DNA of 64,000 nt from an uncultured Candidatus Peribacteria bacterium (GTDB taxonomy: Bacteria > Patescibacteriota > Gracilibacteria > UBA4473), in assembly GCA_964343715.1 (NCBI GenBank), contig CAYFJZ010000005.1:8220-72219 (forward strand), written 5' to 3'. The notes beneath the pieces are model-generated. The model saw only the letters and a list, made by a program, of their open reading frames with translations. It searched no databases and had not been told where the DNA came from. Positions 19,454-28,507 of the stretch are shown piece after piece. Position 1 is the stretch's first letter. Every line of letters starts with the position of its first letter. A program made the position numbers and the translations under genes.

Positions 19454-20578
19454 CTAATCTAAACCATTTATAACTTTCATAACTTCATTCACTTGCTGAG
19501 CCTGAAATCGAAGGTCCCTCACTGCCACCTCAGAGATGAAGGCTAATCCCCCAAGCTGTTTTTTGAATCGAGCCTCTTGAGAAAAAGGGTTCGTCATTTC
19601 CATAACCAAAGCCATCCCCTCGGGAGTGGCCAAACCCAATGGAGAAGCCTCAGAATCAGGAACTCTTGACGCCAGCTGAACCAAGAAAAACAGAATATTC
19701 ATACTCTTATACAACTCCTGAAGTAAATTAGAAAGAGACTCAAGATGAGTCCAAGCAAAGCCCCTTCTTTCATTCGATTCCCAGAAAAAACGAGAAGCCA
19801 ATGTTTCGAAATCACAGGATTCAACATCCGATAGATATTCCCCACGAAGATCCGAAGCAAAATGGTCCCCTCCTCTGACCACATTTTTAATCACCTGATG
19901 AAAAGCCGGCATAATTCGATCTAATTCTTTAAATGCTTTCGTCGCATAATAAATCTCATCAAACTGTTGAACCGCTATATCCCAATATCCAAGAAGCGCT
20001 TCTACAGACTCCAAAACCGTCTCCACTCGAACCTGAAGAGCCCTTTCTAGTTCCTCTTGGGGAAACGAATCAACACACATCATCCCCTTCTCTTTTCCCA
20101 CATAATCCACCACAAAAGAAAGGGGCAAGCCAGAATGGGGCCCCTGGTTTACTGAATAATTATCCCAAACAGCCTGATCAACACTCTGAATTGATTTTCG
20201 AACCATGTGATAAAAAGTCCGAACCGCCCGATCACCTTCAAGCCACAAAGGATCGGTATACTCCCCTTCTGGAATAAAAAAACCAATCGACCTCACCCCC
20301 TCATCCACAGCCATTCGAAGTCGTTCAGCATTTTTAGCGGCTCGATCAAAACGACCAAAATGATGTGCATCGGTCACAATAGACAATATTTGATCCTGAA
20401 CCCTTATTATTTCACATCCTACCGCAAAAGATGGTTCTCCTTCCCCCTCTTTTAATAACCCAAGCTGCTTAAAAAGATCAGGCACCTGCTCAATTCTGGC
20501 TTCAAAACCAGATTCCTCTTCCTCAAAATGAACCTCTTGATTGGATTCGATCATCATCAAAAAACACAGATAATACAA
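19454..20578 (-). CDS. hypothetical protein
   Basis: 374-aa ORF with native composition and no recognised motif. The true start may be MMIESNQ a few codons in. Confidence 0.55.
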   Translation of the reverse strand: MYYLCFLMMIESNQEVHFEEEESGFEARIEQVPDLFKQLGLLKEGEGEPSFAVGCEIIRVQDQILSIVTDAHHFGRFDRAAKNAERLRMAVDEGVRSIGFFIPEGEYTDPLWLEGDRAVRTFYHMVRKSIQSVDQAVWDNYSVNQGPHSGLPLSFVVDYVGKEKGMMCVDSFPQEELERALQVRVETVLESVEALLGYWDIAVQQFDEIYYATKAFKELDRIMPAFHQVIKNVVRGGDHFASDLRGEYLSDVESCDFETLASRFFWESNERRGFAWTHLESLSNLLQELYKSMNILFFLVQLASRVPDSEASPLGLATPEGMALVMEMTNPFSQEARFKKQLGGLAFISEVAVRDLRFQAQQVNEVMKVINGLD

Positions 20579-20766
20579 AAGGCAAAAAAATGCAAGCCAT
20601 CCCCTTACAAAGATTGACTTTTTAATGATTTCAGATGAACTAATAAAAGATGTTTTACATTCCGTCCACTTCTCGAGGTTCTCTGAAGGAAATATGTTTT
20701 GTCGAAAAAAGTTAACTTTTCTCGCGGCTAGTCCTTCGCAGCCGCCTCAATAAGGAGTTTAAGACT

Positions 20767-21042
20767 ATGTCTCTATCCACCGCCATTCCAACAACCTTCA
20801 AAAAGATATCAACCGAAGGATGGATGATCATCGGATTCAGCATTCTGGCCATCGTGCTTTGGGCCTGGATTATTTTTTCGTTCCAAAACGCAGAAGCCAG
20901 TGTCGGTTGGTTCTTCAGCACCTTCGTTGGATCCATCTTTTTTATCATCATCTATATTTACGTGGGCTTCGTAGCACAAAACGTCGAAGTCATCTTTGGC
21001 GGAATCATCGGATCTATTATCTGTGGAGCGGATACGCCCTGA
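20767..21042 (+). CDS. small hypothetical membrane protein (3 TM)
   Basis: 91-aa ORF with clear TM stretches (WMIIGFSILAIVLWAWIIF, WFFSTFVGSIFFIIIYIYVGF). A hairpin gcggtagata...tatctaccgc-ttt lies at 21073-21106 downstream. Confidence 0.45.
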   Translation: MSLSTAIPTTFKKISTEGWMIIGFSILAIVLWAWIIFSFQNAEASVGWFFSTFVGSIFFIIIYIYVGFVAQNVEVIFGGIIGSIICGADTP

Positions 21043-21195
21043 TTCTATAACTCCAACCCCCTGCGGCTGACGGCGGTAGATAATCACAATGAGTATCTAC
21101 CGCTTTCGCCTACCAAAAAAATAGCCCCCCCCCAATAAACATCCCAACAATTAATGGATGCTTTATCGTGGTCTACGACCTAAATCTAAACTTAG

Positions 21196-21272
21196 TGGTG
21201 GGCGATACAGGATTCGAACCTGTGACCTCCTCGGTGTAAACGAGATGCTCTAGCCAGCTGAGCTAATCGCCC
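21196..21272 (-). tRNA. tRNA-Val (anticodon TAC), CCA encoded
   Basis: The reverse complement is gggcgattagctcagctggctagagcatctcgtttacaccgaggaggtcacaggttcgaatcctgtatcgcccacca. It folds as a cloverleaf with anticodon loop tttacac. Confidence 0.9.
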
Positions 21273-21604
21273 TTCGTTGGAGACAGTTAAAGAACGGATC
21301 GATTTTAGGCGGGATCATACGAATGGCAAGTTTTTATATAAATAGTTTTTACAAAACAATATTTATAGAATAAAAAACAAAGATCTTTGAAAAAACAAAC
21401 AGACACCGATCTGCTCTACTCAAACAGATAGCAATACATCTTCACTCCGAATGCACTGGCTTCTGAACGAAGCAAATGTAGATGTTCTATCTGTTGAACC
21501 AATTCTCGAAATACCCTAGGAGATATCACAAAATGAAAGCAATCAAATACTACAAAGAAATTCCTGGTCGCAATGATTCATTCAGTTTTTCATAGATCAA
21601 AAAA

Positions 21605-21633
21605 TTGACAAAAAGACATAAATATGTTAAACT
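21605..21633 (+). promoter_or_regulatory. sigma70-like promoter (TTGACA-N17-TAAACT)
   Basis: ttgaca at 21605-21610, a 17-nt spacer and taaact at 21628-21633, about 125 nt upstream of the ATG at 21758. Confidence 0.4.
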
Positions 21634-21757
21634 AAAAAAGATATTTAACATCCCAACCCACGGCAGGCATTGTTTTGTTCTTTGCATACATTAAGTACTT
21701 TAGAGGACAAGAGTCTTGTCTGTCCGGAAGCACTCGTTAACCTACAGGAGCTACATC

Positions 21758-22144
21758 ATGAGTAACGCTACCACTTTCTATAACTACTACTCATCACTCT
21801 GGCGTCGAAAATATCAACCATCCAGAGTACATATGCATGAATTTTCAGTATGGCAACAGCATGAGGAGAGCTTCAATAACGAAAAATGGGCCCCCCATTT
21901 CGGTTTGGCATCCATATTTCTGAAGGAAGTTACAATCTCTATCAGAGAAATTAACATTTCAAAATCATGGACGTCCGAATGGAGAAGGCTGAAGTACAAA
22001 ACACTCCATAAAATGTGGCAACAATCCTCAGTAGCAGAGCGGATTAATTATGTCAGCCATCTCATTCTCTACGGGGTGCTATTCATTCTCTCCTCTGCCG
22101 TATTTATCCTACTACTTCTGAGGATCATTCAGCAGCTTGGATAA
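21758..22144 (+). CDS. orphan hypothetical protein with C-terminal TM anchor
   Basis: The ATG at 21758 is preceded by AGGAG 7 nt upstream, which is unusual for native genes here. The 128-aa product ends in LILYGVLFILSSAVFILLLLRII. It has its own promoter and terminator in an AT-rich tract next to tRNA-Val. Confidence 0.45.
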   Translation: MSNATTFYNYYSSLWRRKYQPSRVHMHEFSVWQQHEESFNNEKWAPHFGLASIFLKEVTISIREINISKSWTSEWRRLKYKTLHKMWQQSSVAERINYVSHLILYGVLFILSSAVFILLLLRIIQQLG

Positions 22145-22171
22145 GGTCGGCCTCCTTCCAGCAGACAAGAC

Positions 22172-22205
22172 AAAAAGGTGAGTGATGTGTGTCACTCACC
22201 TTTTT
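22172..22205. terminator. bidirectional rho-independent terminator
   Basis: aaaaa-ggtgagtga-tgtgtg-tcactcacc-ttttt: a perfect 9-bp stem flanked by A5 and T5. Confidence 0.75.
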
Positions 22206-22300
22206 GACATCCCCAAATCCAAATAATTTTCGAACAAAAAAACAGTACAAAAAAACATTGCTCCCCTTCCCCAGAACCGTAAAATAGCGTCGAAATAAAA

Positions 22301-23584
22301 ATGAGACGTCTATCCCCTTCCTTCTTTTTTTCATACCTCCTGGCGGGAAGTTTTCTTTGGCTTTCTTTTTTTTCCACTACCAGTGCCTCTCCCCTCTTTT
22401 CCAACCAGGTTCCCAAACCCATAAACCTGCTTTTTGACGATCAGACCATCACGATCAACTTTCGCGCCCAGCCCGAATTGCTCACCTACGAACCCATTCA
22501 TTATTTGGCCTGGGGAAAAGAACTCATCCCAGTGGACCTCAAAGGAGCGCTTCCAGAAAAAAGTGAATACATGGACTTCCAAACCCGGTTTGAACCCAAG
22601 ATTTCGGTCCCTCATTTTTATGAATTTTTGGAATCGGCCTTTGCCACCAGCCAGGTCAAAGAAGACACTCTGCGCATCACCCGGAACGAGCACAAGTGGA
22701 TCACCTTTCATTCCACCCCCAAAAACGGCTACGAAATCGACAAAGACCTCCTGGTAAACCTCATCAACCAGGCCATTACCAACAAAGAAAAAAACGTTCG
22801 AGTGCCGGGAAAAAAGATCTTTTCCAACGTCGAAATCGATCCCACACTCAAAGAAAGAGGGATAAAAGAAGTGCTCTCCATCGGCCAATCTAATTTTGCC
22901 GGAAGCGCCGAAACGCGTATTCAAAACATCCGGGCCGCCGCCAAAAAATTCAACGGATACATCATTCGCAAAGGGCAATCTTTTTCCTTTAATCGGGTGC
23001 TAGGTTCAGTATCAAAAGACGACGGATTCGTCGAAGAACTGGTAATCAAAGGAAATGAACTAAAAAAAGAATTGGGAGGAGGCGTCTGCCAAGTTTCGAC
23101 CACCATGTTTCGCGCCGCTTATCAGGCCGGACTCAAAATCACCGCCCGAAAAAACCACTCCTTTGCCGTCCCCTACTACAAACCCGCCGGAATCGACGCG
23201 GCCATCTATCTCAACGCCCACGATCTCAGATTCGTCAACAACACCAACGGGGACATTCTGATTCACGCATTCATCGAAAGAAACAATCTCTTCATCGCCT
23301 TTTACGGCACGAGAGAAGACCGAAAAGTAGTCCTCGAAGGTCCCTTTATATCGAGCATAATCCCCGCTCCCCTCCCCATGGTCTACGAAACCGAAGAACT
23401 CCCCAAAGGCAAAATCCAATACCTTTCCAAAGGCCACAGCGGATTCCAGTCTAAATGGGTTCGAAAGATCCGCATCAACAACCGATGGTACACCGACATT
23501 CTCACCTCCAACTACCGTCCCTGGCCCGCCCAAATCCGTCGCGGAATCGGAGAAAAAACAGAATTATTGGCCCAAAAGGAGTAA
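22301..23584 (+). CDS. VanW-domain protein
   Basis: 427-aa ORF with an N-terminal signal/TM. The VanW core reads GGGVCQVSTTMFRAAYQAGLKITARKNHSFAVPYYKPAGIDAAIY...DLRFVNNT. Confidence 0.75.
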   Translation: MRRLSPSFFFSYLLAGSFLWLSFFSTTSASPLFSNQVPKPINLLFDDQTITINFRAQPELLTYEPIHYLAWGKELIPVDLKGALPEKSEYMDFQTRFEPKISVPHFYEFLESAFATSQVKEDTLRITRNEHKWITFHSTPKNGYEIDKDLLVNLINQAITNKEKNVRVPGKKIFSNVEIDPTLKERGIKEVLSIGQSNFAGSAETRIQNIRAAAKKFNGYIIRKGQSFSFNRVLGSVSKDDGFVEELVIKGNELKKELGGGVCQVSTTMFRAAYQAGLKITARKNHSFAVPYYKPAGIDAAIYLNAHDLRFVNNTNGDILIHAFIERNNLFIAFYGTREDRKVVLEGPFISSIIPAPLPMVYETEELPKGKIQYLSKGHSGFQSKWVRKIRINNRWYTDILTSNYRPWPAQIRRGIGEKTELLAQKE

Positions 23585-23589
23585 AGAGT

Positions 23590-23826
23590 GTCATCCCGAG
23601 GGCCTTCCTTCTAAATAAAAAATATGATGGTCATCCCTGTGGGAATCGTCAGGGTTCTATGTCAAATCAGGCAACAAATTTGGCTTGTAACACCAACATA
23701 GAGAACGAGAGTTTCACTCCCCATGATGTATACATATCCTTCTTTATCACCCATGCTTTAGATCATAAGGAGGATCCCTCATTTTGTCGACGTTCGTTTC
23801 AAAACGGTCCGTTATTCGGGATGACC
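23590..23826. mobile_element. MITE-like non-coding element bounded by GTCATCCCGA inverted repeats (copy 1)
   Basis: The left end is gtcatcccgagggcc and the right end is ccgttattcgggatgac. Its interior matches 41908-42092 in inverse orientation (gagggatcctc palindrome; acatagaa..ctgacgattc block). No ORF. Confidence 0.55.
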
Positions 23827-23923
23827 ATGATTTATATTCTTTCCTCCCAAATAATGATCAAAACTCCCCCAAAACCTTGTTTTTTCACCAAAATCATGAT
23901 AAAATACACAGAAAACAAAAAAA

Positions 23924-24748
23924 ATGAAAGACCTAAAAGTCTTCGTCAACCAATCTTTTGCTCCTTTTTGTAAAAAAGAGGGAAACGTCGTAACCGCTAC
24001 CGAACACAGTATCGAGACCGAAACCGCGATGAACGTGCTCGAATTTATGGCCCACGTACGAACGTACAAAACCCCCGACTACCTCTGGGACAAGATGAAA
24101 AGCGCTTCTTTTGTTCGACTCCAACAAATCGCTACCGTCATAAATTTTGATCCCACTAGTTATTTCTGTAACTGGCCAATGATGTGCAAGGTCCTCAATC
24201 TCGATGCCGGGATTTTTGGACACGGTGGCGACATCAACTACTACGATGAAGAAAGCGTAAACACGCTTCAAAAGTGGTTTACCGAAGTGGTTAAACTGAC
24301 CCCCGAAAGAATAAAAGAAAAAGAAGTCACCCTCGAAGACGTATTGGCTCAACATCTACAAAAAGCCCCAACCGTCGAAGAGACAAAAGCCGTTCCTGCC
24401 TCTGAAGGCACTCCAGAAGTGGACGAAACAAAAACAATTCGAATGAAAACCGCCCTGAAACAGAAAAAAGAAATCAAAAGTCGAATTACAGCACTTCTAG
24501 CAAGACAAATAAAAACCACCGCCATAAAAGTAGAATCAGGCGACACTTTGGGCGGAATAGTTTTTGCCCTCAAAGACATTTTTTCTTCCTACAACGTCCC
24601 TACTCCGGATTTTGGATGGCACACCCCAGTTAAAATCAAAAACGGACCTCAGGGCGAATTATTGATCGAAAAAGACTTTCCCCTCACAGAAGGACAAACC
24701 GTACGCCTCGAAATTGAAGGGGAAAAAGTTTCTATCGTAGTGGAGTAG
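23924..24748 (+). CDS. hypothetical protein (possible weak LysM-like segment near the C-terminus)
   Basis: 274-aa ORF with ATG at 23924. IKVESGDTLGGIVFAL only loosely resembles LysM. Confidence 0.5.
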   Translation: MKDLKVFVNQSFAPFCKKEGNVVTATEHSIETETAMNVLEFMAHVRTYKTPDYLWDKMKSASFVRLQQIATVINFDPTSYFCNWPMMCKVLNLDAGIFGHGGDINYYDEESVNTLQKWFTEVVKLTPERIKEKEVTLEDVLAQHLQKAPTVEETKAVPASEGTPEVDETKTIRMKTALKQKKEIKSRITALLARQIKTTAIKVESGDTLGGIVFALKDIFSSYNVPTPDFGWHTPVKIKNGPQGELLIEKDFPLTEGQTVRLEIEGEKVSIVVE

Positions 24749-24864
24749 TCCCCTATTTACTACGGTCCTCTACTGATTTTACGCGAGCGATTTTTTTATA
24801 ATGTATCGCTCAATAATCCGTCTTCGCGATTCGCTAAATAACTTTTAATAGCTTCGCCGGATAA

Positions 24865-24901
24865 CTAAAAATTTGGCCTTCCACAATCCATGTGGAAGGC
24901 C
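24865..24901 (-). terminator. rho-independent terminator downstream of the SLT gene
   Basis: ggccttccaca-atcca-tgtggaaggcc forms a perfect 11-bp stem. On the minus strand it is followed by AAAUUUUUAG. Confidence 0.75.
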
Positions 24902-24924
24902 CATTCCTGATTCAACCGAAAGGA

Positions 24925-25881
24925 TCATCGACCGGCCCCTTTTTGGTGAGGAACACCTTGTTCCCAAACCATAAAATGGTGCAGTACACGATTCCCAAAA
25001 TCGGGATCTCCCTTTCCATATTGTCGGGTCAAAGCCGGAGCCAGTTTGTTGAATCCATGCTTGGTCACGAGCTTTTTCAACGCCTTGCCCATTCGGGTAA
25101 TATCTTTGGGACGTTTGAGACGAAGTTCATAGACCAACCCCGCCAAAACACCCACAAAGGTATCGGCTACACAAGCCGCTTCGCTGACATTCGCGACCAT
25201 ACGCACATTCCAGAGTTTGAAATACGCACGATCAACCGACGGATACACCGCACGGTTCATGCACTTCTGCAAGCGACGCCATTCGGCAATATGCCCCATT
25301 ACAAATTGAGCATATTCCCAGGGATGACCATCGGCCCCATAGCGGTTTGAAAGAATTCCGCCTTCTCCGCCATTGTAGCCAGCAAACATCCGATCCCACC
25401 GGCCATCAAATTGGCGATGCATCAGGGCCAAATAACCCACTCCCGCATGAATATTACGTTCGGGGATTACTCGTTCGTCTTGGGCACGTTTGGAACGCGC
25501 CTCAAATGCCCGTAAACCAAAAGCCCGAGCCGCCGGAGCACGCTCCTGCATCAGACCAACAGCCGGATCACGCTTAAGCTGTGATTCGACCTTGGGATTA
25601 TAATCGCTCTCACGCTTCATAACCCCGTTGACCATCTCCACTGTTACCAATCCCCGCACCCGAAGGCGTTGAGGAGGGGCACCGGGAGACGATCGATAGA
25701 TGGTGAATTCCTGACAGACTTCATGCGCGATAAAATCGGCATACGTCTGCCCCCTTTTGAACCGTCCTACATACCAAGCACTTCGTGCCTCTTGGTAGCA
25801 GGTCTCATACGCTGGATCTGTTGCTGCCTGAGCAGAAAAGCTCGGCAACAACATCACCAGCATCAACCAAAAATACCGCAT
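24925..25881 (-). CDS. secreted lytic transglycosylase (SLT domain; VirB1-like in architecture)
   Basis: Signal peptide MRYFWLMLVMLLPSFSAQA. SLT motifs are KRESDYNP...AVGLMQ...AGYNGG. GGAGGGAG lies upstream of the ATG (GGAGG core 8 nt). G+C-rich, G-ending codon usage. Confidence 0.75.
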   Translation of the reverse strand: MRYFWLMLVMLLPSFSAQAATDPAYETCYQEARSAWYVGRFKRGQTYADFIAHEVCQEFTIYRSSPGAPPQRLRVRGLVTVEMVNGVMKRESDYNPKVESQLKRDPAVGLMQERAPAARAFGLRAFEARSKRAQDERVIPERNIHAGVGYLALMHRQFDGRWDRMFAGYNGGEGGILSNRYGADGHPWEYAQFVMGHIAEWRRLQKCMNRAVYPSVDRAYFKLWNVRMVANVSEAACVADTFVGVLAGLVYELRLKRPKDITRMGKALKKLVTKHGFNKLAPALTRQYGKGDPDFGNRVLHHFMVWEQGVPHQKGAGR

Positions 25882-26035
25882 AACCGCTCCCTCCGTTGGG
25901 TTGAACTACTAAATGAATGAAGAAGATCCTCATCTCTTTGAATCAGGAAAAAGAGACAAGGATTTCTCCACTCAGAAAATCAACAATGTTGACAATATGG
26001 ATAATTATATAAAAGATCAATATTTTGTATAGCAT

Positions 26036-26063
26036 ATGACACAAAAATGTCAAACAAAACATT
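26036..26063 (-). promoter_or_regulatory. candidate sigma70-like promoter for the SLT gene (TTGACA-N16-TATACA)
   Basis: On the minus strand, ttgaca (26058-26063), a 16-nt spacer and tataca (26036-26041). Confidence 0.35.
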
Positions 26064-26239
26064 GACTATATTCAATTTTTATGATAGAAAGAGAAAGATC
26101 TTTGACAAAATTCTCTTTGAGGCTGCCTTGGGCTTCTAGAAAATCCCCTTTCTAACCGGGGAAAACCTTTTCTATAAGCTCAGAGCGAACCTCGAAGAGC
26201 CCCAAAACAACCCCCAATACCACATCCCAGGAGGGACCG

Positions 26240-26698
26240 ATGAAACGACGTTTTTTGTACCTTATTTCCGGCCTTTGGCTGCTCACACTCAGCGGATGCG
26301 CCATGTTCGGCGGGGAACCCCCCGAAGCCAACAACAGCGCTCCACAACCAGTACAAGGCGAAGCTCAGGCTCAACAGGTGGTCGATGCACAACCACCATC
26401 CCCAACCAACGCCGCTGCACCTCCCCCCCCTGCTGTAAAGGGCACATGGGAAAAAATGAACATCCCCTATATCCAGAATTCTTCACGAAAACTCTGGGAA
26501 GGGATTTATTTGATCTGCGGCGAATGGGAGCAGTGCACAGTGGTGAGCAACACCATTGCCCGCCTCGTTATCCGCCAAGAAGTCGGCGGCAAAGCCACCG
26601 TCTGGATCGACTCGGAAAAACGGTTGGTCGTCTCCTACGCCATCTTTGGCCGCGGAAAACAGGCCAAACATATGGTCGTGTTGCACCACAAGAAGTAG
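26240..26698 (+). CDS. lipoprotein, unknown function
   Basis: Lipobox LLTLSGC; Pro/Ala/Gln-rich linker. AGGAGGG lies upstream of the ATG (GGAGG core 5 nt). Followed by a strong terminator. Confidence 0.7.
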   Translation: MKRRFLYLISGLWLLTLSGCAMFGGEPPEANNSAPQPVQGEAQAQQVVDAQPPSPTNAAAPPPPAVKGTWEKMNIPYIQNSSRKLWEGIYLICGEWEQCTVVSNTIARLVIRQEVGGKATVWIDSEKRLVVSYAIFGRGKQAKHMVVLHHKK

Positions 26699-26727
26699 TG
26701 CACACAAAATCCGGGGCTCTTCGAAAG

Positions 26728-26762
26728 CGCTTGTCAGCTACAGCTGGCAAGCGTTTTTTTTA
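26728..26762 (+). terminator. rho-independent terminator
   Basis: cgcttgtcagc-taca-gctggcaagcg (11-bp stem with one G-U pair) followed by T9. Confidence 0.85.
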
Positions 26763-26820
26763 CATCTACAGATTATTACTAAACCCCAAAAGTAATACTT
26801 CCCCCCAAAAAATAACTTAA

Positions 26821-26872
26821 AAAAACAAATAGTGAAAACCCCTGGTTAGCAAATCCTTTGCTATACCAGGGG
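26821..26872 (-). terminator. rho-independent terminator for 27004-28005
   Basis: The minus strand reads CCCCUGGUAUAGCAAA-GGA-UUUGCUAACCAGGGG followed by a U-rich tail (uuuucacuauuuguuuuu). Confidence 0.6.
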
Positions 26873-27003
26873 TCGAGAGTGTCCAGAGGGTGAAAGGCCA
26901 AGGGGAGCTATGAAGCGCCCCCCTTCGCCCGTGCCAAGCGGCACCCCCTCCAAAGAGAGGGAGGAGGTAACCGCTGTTGTAGCCCCACTCGGGGAGTGGG
27001 GGC

Positions 27004-28005
27004 TTAGGATTGGGGGCCGGAAACCCGAGCACGGCAGGTGGCCGCACGGTTTTCCTTGGACTCCAGGAGCCCAATGCCGTCCATGCAGTTGTTGAAGGCC
27101 ACGTTGGAGGCAGAAGCACCACCCGCGTTTTTTTGCGAGACGGCCTGCTTCTTCTTCTGCATGGCGCGATACTTGTCAGCCATGGTGTTGCCGCCGACAT
27201 TCAGGCCATTGGCAACGTTGACACGACCAGCGTTCTGCAACCGCATGGAGCGGGCCTTATACAGAGCGCTGGCGCGCTGCTGCAAGCGGGTGGGAGCCGT
27301 GAAGTTCTCATGCTTGAACTTCACAGTACCAGTCCGCTTTTCGACCCAGGTCATGGCCGCAACCGGCGCATGGTCAGCCGCAGCCGGATCAACCTCACCG
27401 ATGTAGGGCATGCCCATGGAGGTGTAGTTGAAGCTGCCATCATTACGCATCAGGACGCACTCGCGATTGTCCTCGGCGATGTTATTGATGGCCGCACCGG
27501 TAGGCTTGACGAAGCAGACCGAGCGCTCTTTGTCGCCCTGCTCATTGCTGAGCGAGGTCAGCCAGACGGTGATGGTGGAGGCGTCGGCATAGGTGTCGGC
27601 GCGATCCACAGCGTTCAACGGCGCCGGAAAGCCATCACTGTCCGCCGACTGAGCTCCGACAGGCGCAGCGCCACCAGTCCCACCGGGGGCCTGACGCGGC
27701 ATGTACTGGGAGTTCAGGTTCTGCAGCTTGCGATCCAGGATCTTGCCCTGGATGGAGCGGGTGTCCTGAATGGACTGAATGGCCCCAGACTGCGCCTGAA
27801 AATCCTTGGCCAAATCCCAGGACTCCTGCGCCTTGGCGTTGAAGTAGGTCTGCTGCGTCTTGGGCACATTGGTGTTGGGCGTCGGCGCATCGCCGAAGCC
27901 ACCGCCAGCAAAGGCGGCACCGGAAATGGTCATGCCCGCAAAGAGCAGACCGGTCATAAGGGTGCGGCTCAGGCCGCGTTTGTGATTCTCAACGTTGTAC
28001 GACAT
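27004..28005 (-). CDS. secreted hypothetical protein (island)
   Basis: 333-aa ORF with signal/TM LMTGLLFAGMTISGAAFA. GAGGAG lies 8 nt upstream of the ATG. The 339-aa antisense ORF (27010-28029 +) is R/G/L/V-rich junk typical of high-GC antisense. Confidence 0.7.
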   Translation of the reverse strand: MSYNVENHKRGLSRTLMTGLLFAGMTISGAAFAGGGFGDAPTPNTNVPKTQQTYFNAKAQESWDLAKDFQAQSGAIQSIQDTRSIQGKILDRKLQNLNSQYMPRQAPGGTGGAAPVGAQSADSDGFPAPLNAVDRADTYADASTITVWLTSLSNEQGDKERSVCFVKPTGAAINNIAEDNRECVLMRNDGSFNYTSMGMPYIGEVDPAAADHAPVAAMTWVEKRTGTVKFKHENFTAPTRLQQRASALYKARSMRLQNAGRVNVANGLNVGGNTMADKYRAMQKKKQAVSQKNAGGASASNVAFNNCMDGIGLLESKENRAATCRARVSGPQS

Positions 28006-28447
28006 AATGGTAACTCCTCATCAAACTGATCAGTTAGAACGTTCACTACATAGGGAGGCTTTCTTTATCGACCCTCTGGACAGAAAGCCCAATCACTTCA
28101 CAATGACATCCTTGCCATCCTTGAAGCTTGTCCTGCTCATCGATCGATGGACAAAACAAGCCCCAAGAAAAAGAAAGTCATCTAAAGCAATATAAAGCTT
28201 TCCATTAAAGGGTCGATAATTTGCGAAATTGTCAAAGAGCCAAACGGAACAGAGGGCGGCTTAAAAGCACCTTCTTTTTCGTTTTTTTATTTTGTATTTT
28301 TTCCTCTATAAAGTTTTCCCAGTAAAAGTCAAGCTTTTTTTCTAAAAAAACCGGAGTGCACTCTAAAAGGACCTCTTAAAAAAAGCAAGCTTTTTTGAAA
28401 TGAATTTTCAAAGTCTCGCTTAACATAGGCTCTAAGCCGATTTTCAT

Positions 28448-28477
28448 AAAAAAAAAGGGACCGCTTGGTGCGGCCCC
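28448..28477 (-). terminator. rho-independent terminator for 28508-29314
   Basis: The minus strand reads GGGGCCGC-ACCAA-GCGGUCCC followed by U9. Confidence 0.8.
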
Positions 28478-28507
28478 TCAAAAAGTGGTGGCAGAAAAGA
28501 TTCACCC

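Noticed and set aside
21716-21757. TTG start at 21716 for the orphan ORF
   Set aside because: The ATG at 21758 has an AGGAG 7 nt upstream. The TTG has none, and the extra 14 residues add nothing recognisable.
26979-27001. GTAG-palindrome (gtagccccactcggggagtgggg) inside the island as a member of the native REP-like family
   Set aside because: The palindrome sequence is unrelated to the GGACGCAA and GGGGCAAAC types, and it is a single copy. It is more likely a stem-loop just after the 27004 stop codon.
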